This document shows, piece after piece, positions 61,030 through 64,000 of a stretch of 64,000 nt of DNA. Source of the DNA: Mustelus asterias (Eukaryota); NCBI RefSeq assembly GCF_964213995.1, contig NC_135816.1, forward strand, positions 92,132,001-92,196,000. The letters are read 5' to 3'. How positions within the stretch are numbered: the stretch's first letter is position 1; every line of letters starts with the position of its first letter. Below the pieces are notes generated by a model that did not search any database, was not told where the DNA came from, and saw only the letters and a list, made by a program, of their open reading frames with translations. A program made the position numbers and the translations under genes.

Positions 61030-61312
61030 TTTCAAAAAGTGTTTCCAAATCCTCTCGCCCAATGCCCCCTCTCAACTTCTCCGGGACAAACAAGAGGCTC
61101 TCTGCTTCCAAGTTGATCAACGTCGCTGCTCAGGCGCTCTGATGTCAAGCTCCAGCGGACGCATTGCGCATGCTCCAGATCACAATGCTGGCAGTGATTG
61201 ACAGCAGCTGTGCACCAATAGGAGAAGGAAGACGGGAAGAAGTGGGTGTGGCTTGCCTCAACCAATATGAGCGAATGAGGGGCGGGGCTGAGCTCGGATC
61301 TCCTTCATTGGA
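61030..61312 (-). promoter_or_regulatory. Third copy of the ZNF promoter cassette
   Basis: tgcgcatgctcc, ccaat twice, gaatgaggggcggggctgagc; aaagtgtttccaaatcctc shared with 22747. Confidence 0.65.
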
Positions 61313-61789
61313 TGAGACTTTATAATTTCAAAAGCTGATTTCACCCAAACCCAGCAGAAATCTGGACTTTTCTGTTTGTGGCTTTAAACAGATTAAACCC
61401 TGTGGGTGTGCAGCAAACATTTTAATATTTGTGGCAACATAATGGAATAATACAGAAATAATCCAACGGCTGACTTAAAGGGCAATATCAAAGAGAGTCC
61501 TTGGTTTCATTAAATGAATCAATAGAAAGATTAGAACAGGTTAGAGAGAAAGTTAATAGTGTCATCATTCCGAACAACACTGATTAGAAAGGGATAACTG
61601 ATCTGAAGAACAATATCTGTAGTTGTGTGGAGGGAGAAATCCAATCAGGTTCCAAGTGTTTAAATGTTTTTGAAATCAGAAATCATGCAAAAATCTGGAA
61701 CCGTTGTGAATATGGATTGATATTAGATGGAAGATCTGGATCAGTGCGCTAACCCAGGAAGCCTTAAGATCAGACTGACAGTATTTCAG

Positions 61790-61982
61790 AATTGAAACTG
61801 AACAGAAAACAAAACTCAGCAGAGCTCACTGCATCCATAAGAAGCGTTAGCAGCTTGAGTCCATTTAGCTTTAATGTTAACTGTGCTTTCTCTCTTTACA
61901 AATGCTGCCAGAGCTGTTGGGATTTTCCAGCATCCTCTGTTTTTGTTTCAGTTTCCAGCATCTGCGGTGTTTTGCTCATTCC
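61790..61982 (+). mobile_element. Old PLE family-2 fold-back remnant
   Basis: ttttccagcat...tttcagtttccagcatctgcggtgttttgct. Confidence 0.55.
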
Positions 61983-62888
61983 AGAACTGACCCTGTCATA
62001 GCAACAATCCCATTTTTATCACTGTTAGTAAGGCAAATGGACCTCTTGATGGAGGCATCTTGGAGGATGATGTACGCAAATAATTTGTGAGCTATCTGAC
62101 GATAATAGTGAAGGAAAAGGAAAAGGCCTGGAAAGCAGCAGACACTTCATGCTTGGGCCTGGTCTGTGTAAGATGATCTTTCGGAGAGTTGGTGAGACTC
62201 AATGGGCTTAATGGTCACCTTCTGCTCCATAGGGATTCTATTCTATGGTTCTATGGACTATGAGCAGTTTCGACCATCCAAATCCACCTCTTCCACTGAA
62301 CCTTCAATTCAGATTGAACAGCATCTGGGACAGAAGCAAAAACAAGGCATTAACAATAAACAATGGATAGAAAGATGGCTACAAACTCGCTGTAAATATG
62401 ATCCTCTGATATCTGTTTTGGAGTCATCTTTCCTTCCATTCTGCTACCTGACTCCTCACTTTATACGGCCTGATCTTGCTCACACTTCAGATTGTCATAA
62501 ATAACAAGCTGGTTACAAAGCAGAAAGCAGAGATAAGAGGTTAAAATCAGCTACTCACTGAAATAAGGGAGGGAGTGGGGTTCCACATGGAACAATGCAG
62601 CGACCACTGTTAGTCATAATTTACATAAACCATTTGGACTTAGAAATCAGAAGGCCAATTTTAAAATTTGGGAGCAGAATGACAGCAAATCACAGTCAAA
62701 CATTTCCGATTCACAAAACTTTGCAACACAGCTCATGAAATAATTAATCCAGTAGCAGACTGATCAATAACACAAGAAGTGATTAACTGCTTTATTTATG
62801 AATTAGCTGATGACCAAATTGGGAGATACAGTTAATACTGACGAAAGCTGCAACAAAACCCTGGTATCTAAAATAAAATATCTCTAAA

Positions 62889-63077
62889 ATCCAAAGATGT
62901 TAGGTTGATTGGCCATGCTAAAATTGCCCCTTAGTGTCCTGAGATGCATAGATTAGAGGGATTAGTGGGTAAAATATGTGGGATATGGGGGTAGGGCCTG
63001 GGTGGGATTGTGGTCGGTGCAGACTCGATGGGCCAAATGGCCTCTTTCTGCACTGTAGGGTTTTTATGATTCTATGA
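62889..63077 (+). mobile_element. 5'-truncated HE1 SINE
   Basis: HE1 3' half and tail. Confidence 0.88.
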
Positions 63078-63464
63078 TACACATATCAATAAAACAGGAA
63101 GTTCTTGGGAACTCACTGCACGTCCTTCTTTATCTGGAGATCAAGTGACTTGTATAATTATTCCAGCAGCTAAAAAGATCTTGTGAACTCCTCCATGTGC
63201 CATTTTAATACAGACATTGAATTATTTATTTTTAATTACATTTTCCTATGTTAAAGGTGCTATACTAATACAAGTTGTTGTTCATGTTGCTTTAAAGTGT
63301 TAGACTCAGGACTGTAATAAAAGTACCTCAGAAATGTCACAGGATAATCACAATGGCTGTTATAAACTGGAGACTCAATCCTGCCATTTCAGTTTCAGTC
63401 TGGAGAGAGCAGTTTTACACCAATCTCCATGATTTAAAAGGGTCATCCAATCGTTAAATTTAAA

Positions 63465-64000
63465 GGTCTAAGTCATGGCGAGAGAGGGGTGTGGTGTGCC
63501 CCTCATCTTCCATGTGGGTAGCTGGGAACATTTCCAGAGCCCGCGACTAGCATGTGTGCAGGAGGTGTCTCCAGCTGCAGCTCCTGGAAGCTGAGTTTCA
63601 GAACTGGAATAGTGACAGGGGACACTCTGGAACATCTGTGAGGTGGAGAGTATCATGGGTAGCATATGTAGACAGGCTAAGAGTCCACAGGAGGAAGGGA
63701 ATGGGTCACCACCAGGCAGACCAAGAGGTCTACACAGGCTGTGCAGGAATCTCCTGTGGCCATTACCCTGTAAAACAGATTTCCCACTTTGGATACTGTT
63801 GAGGAGAATGGCCTGTCAGGGGAAAACAGCAACATGCAAATTCATTGCACCACAGTTGGCTCTGCTGCACAGGGGAAGAGCAACAAGTGTGAGAATGTAA
63901 TAGTTAGAGGGGATTCAATTGTAAGGGGAACAGACAGGCATTTCTGTGGCCACAAATTAGACTCCAGGATGGTATGTTGCCTCCCTGGCATGAGGGTCAA
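63465..64000 (+). mobile_element. CR1 ORF1 (Cys-rich N-terminus and start of SGNH esterase), runs off the window
   Basis: HVCRRCLQLQLLE, VRGDSIVRGTDRHFCG...DSRMVCCLPG. Confidence 0.88.

Noticed and set aside
61560-61660. Possible L1 ORF1 remnant (ITDLKNNICSCVEGE)
   Set aside because: Too short and too diverged to support
308-63077. tRNA genes at Pol III A/B-box motifs
   Set aside because: Each runs into a SINE core and tail without a complete cloverleaf
1-64000. Prokaryotic-style systems (CRISPR array, operon, defence island)
   Set aside because: No regularly spaced repeat-spacer array or Cas-like ORF; the content is vertebrate retroelements and spliced genes

Overview
Vertebrate nuclear DNA, almost certainly from a shark (elasmobranch): it is dense in HE1-type tRNA/V-SINEs and HER1/CR1 LINEs. 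The window is a birth-and-death cluster of tandem C2H2 zinc-finger (ZNF) genes. There are three intact ORFs (14781-15893 +, 32729-33829 -, 50799-51389 +) and at least six decayed copies, and none shows a KRAB, SCAN or BTB effector domain. Paralogous GC-box/CCAAT/NRF1-type promoter cassettes precede several copies. More than half of the rest is retroelement debris: CR1, L2, RTE, Rex/Babar, Gypsy/LTR, two or three SINE families and two Penelope-like element (PLE) families. The most notable observations are: (i) short fold-back PLE insertions with 11-14 bp target-site duplications (TSDs) and minimal hammerhead-ribozyme motifs, showing helix-I covariation and a C3-G8 to U3-A8 core swap; (ii) a cluster of locally templated insertions at 2.4-8.2 kb, one captured inside a PLE hairpin; (iii) effector-less ZNFs that start at an 'MEKPWKC' finger behind a 5' leader made of fossil fingers; (iv) an orphan NLR-type leucine-rich-repeat exon. 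All alignments were done by eye. Repeat boundaries are approximate, and family names are recognitions rather than database results.
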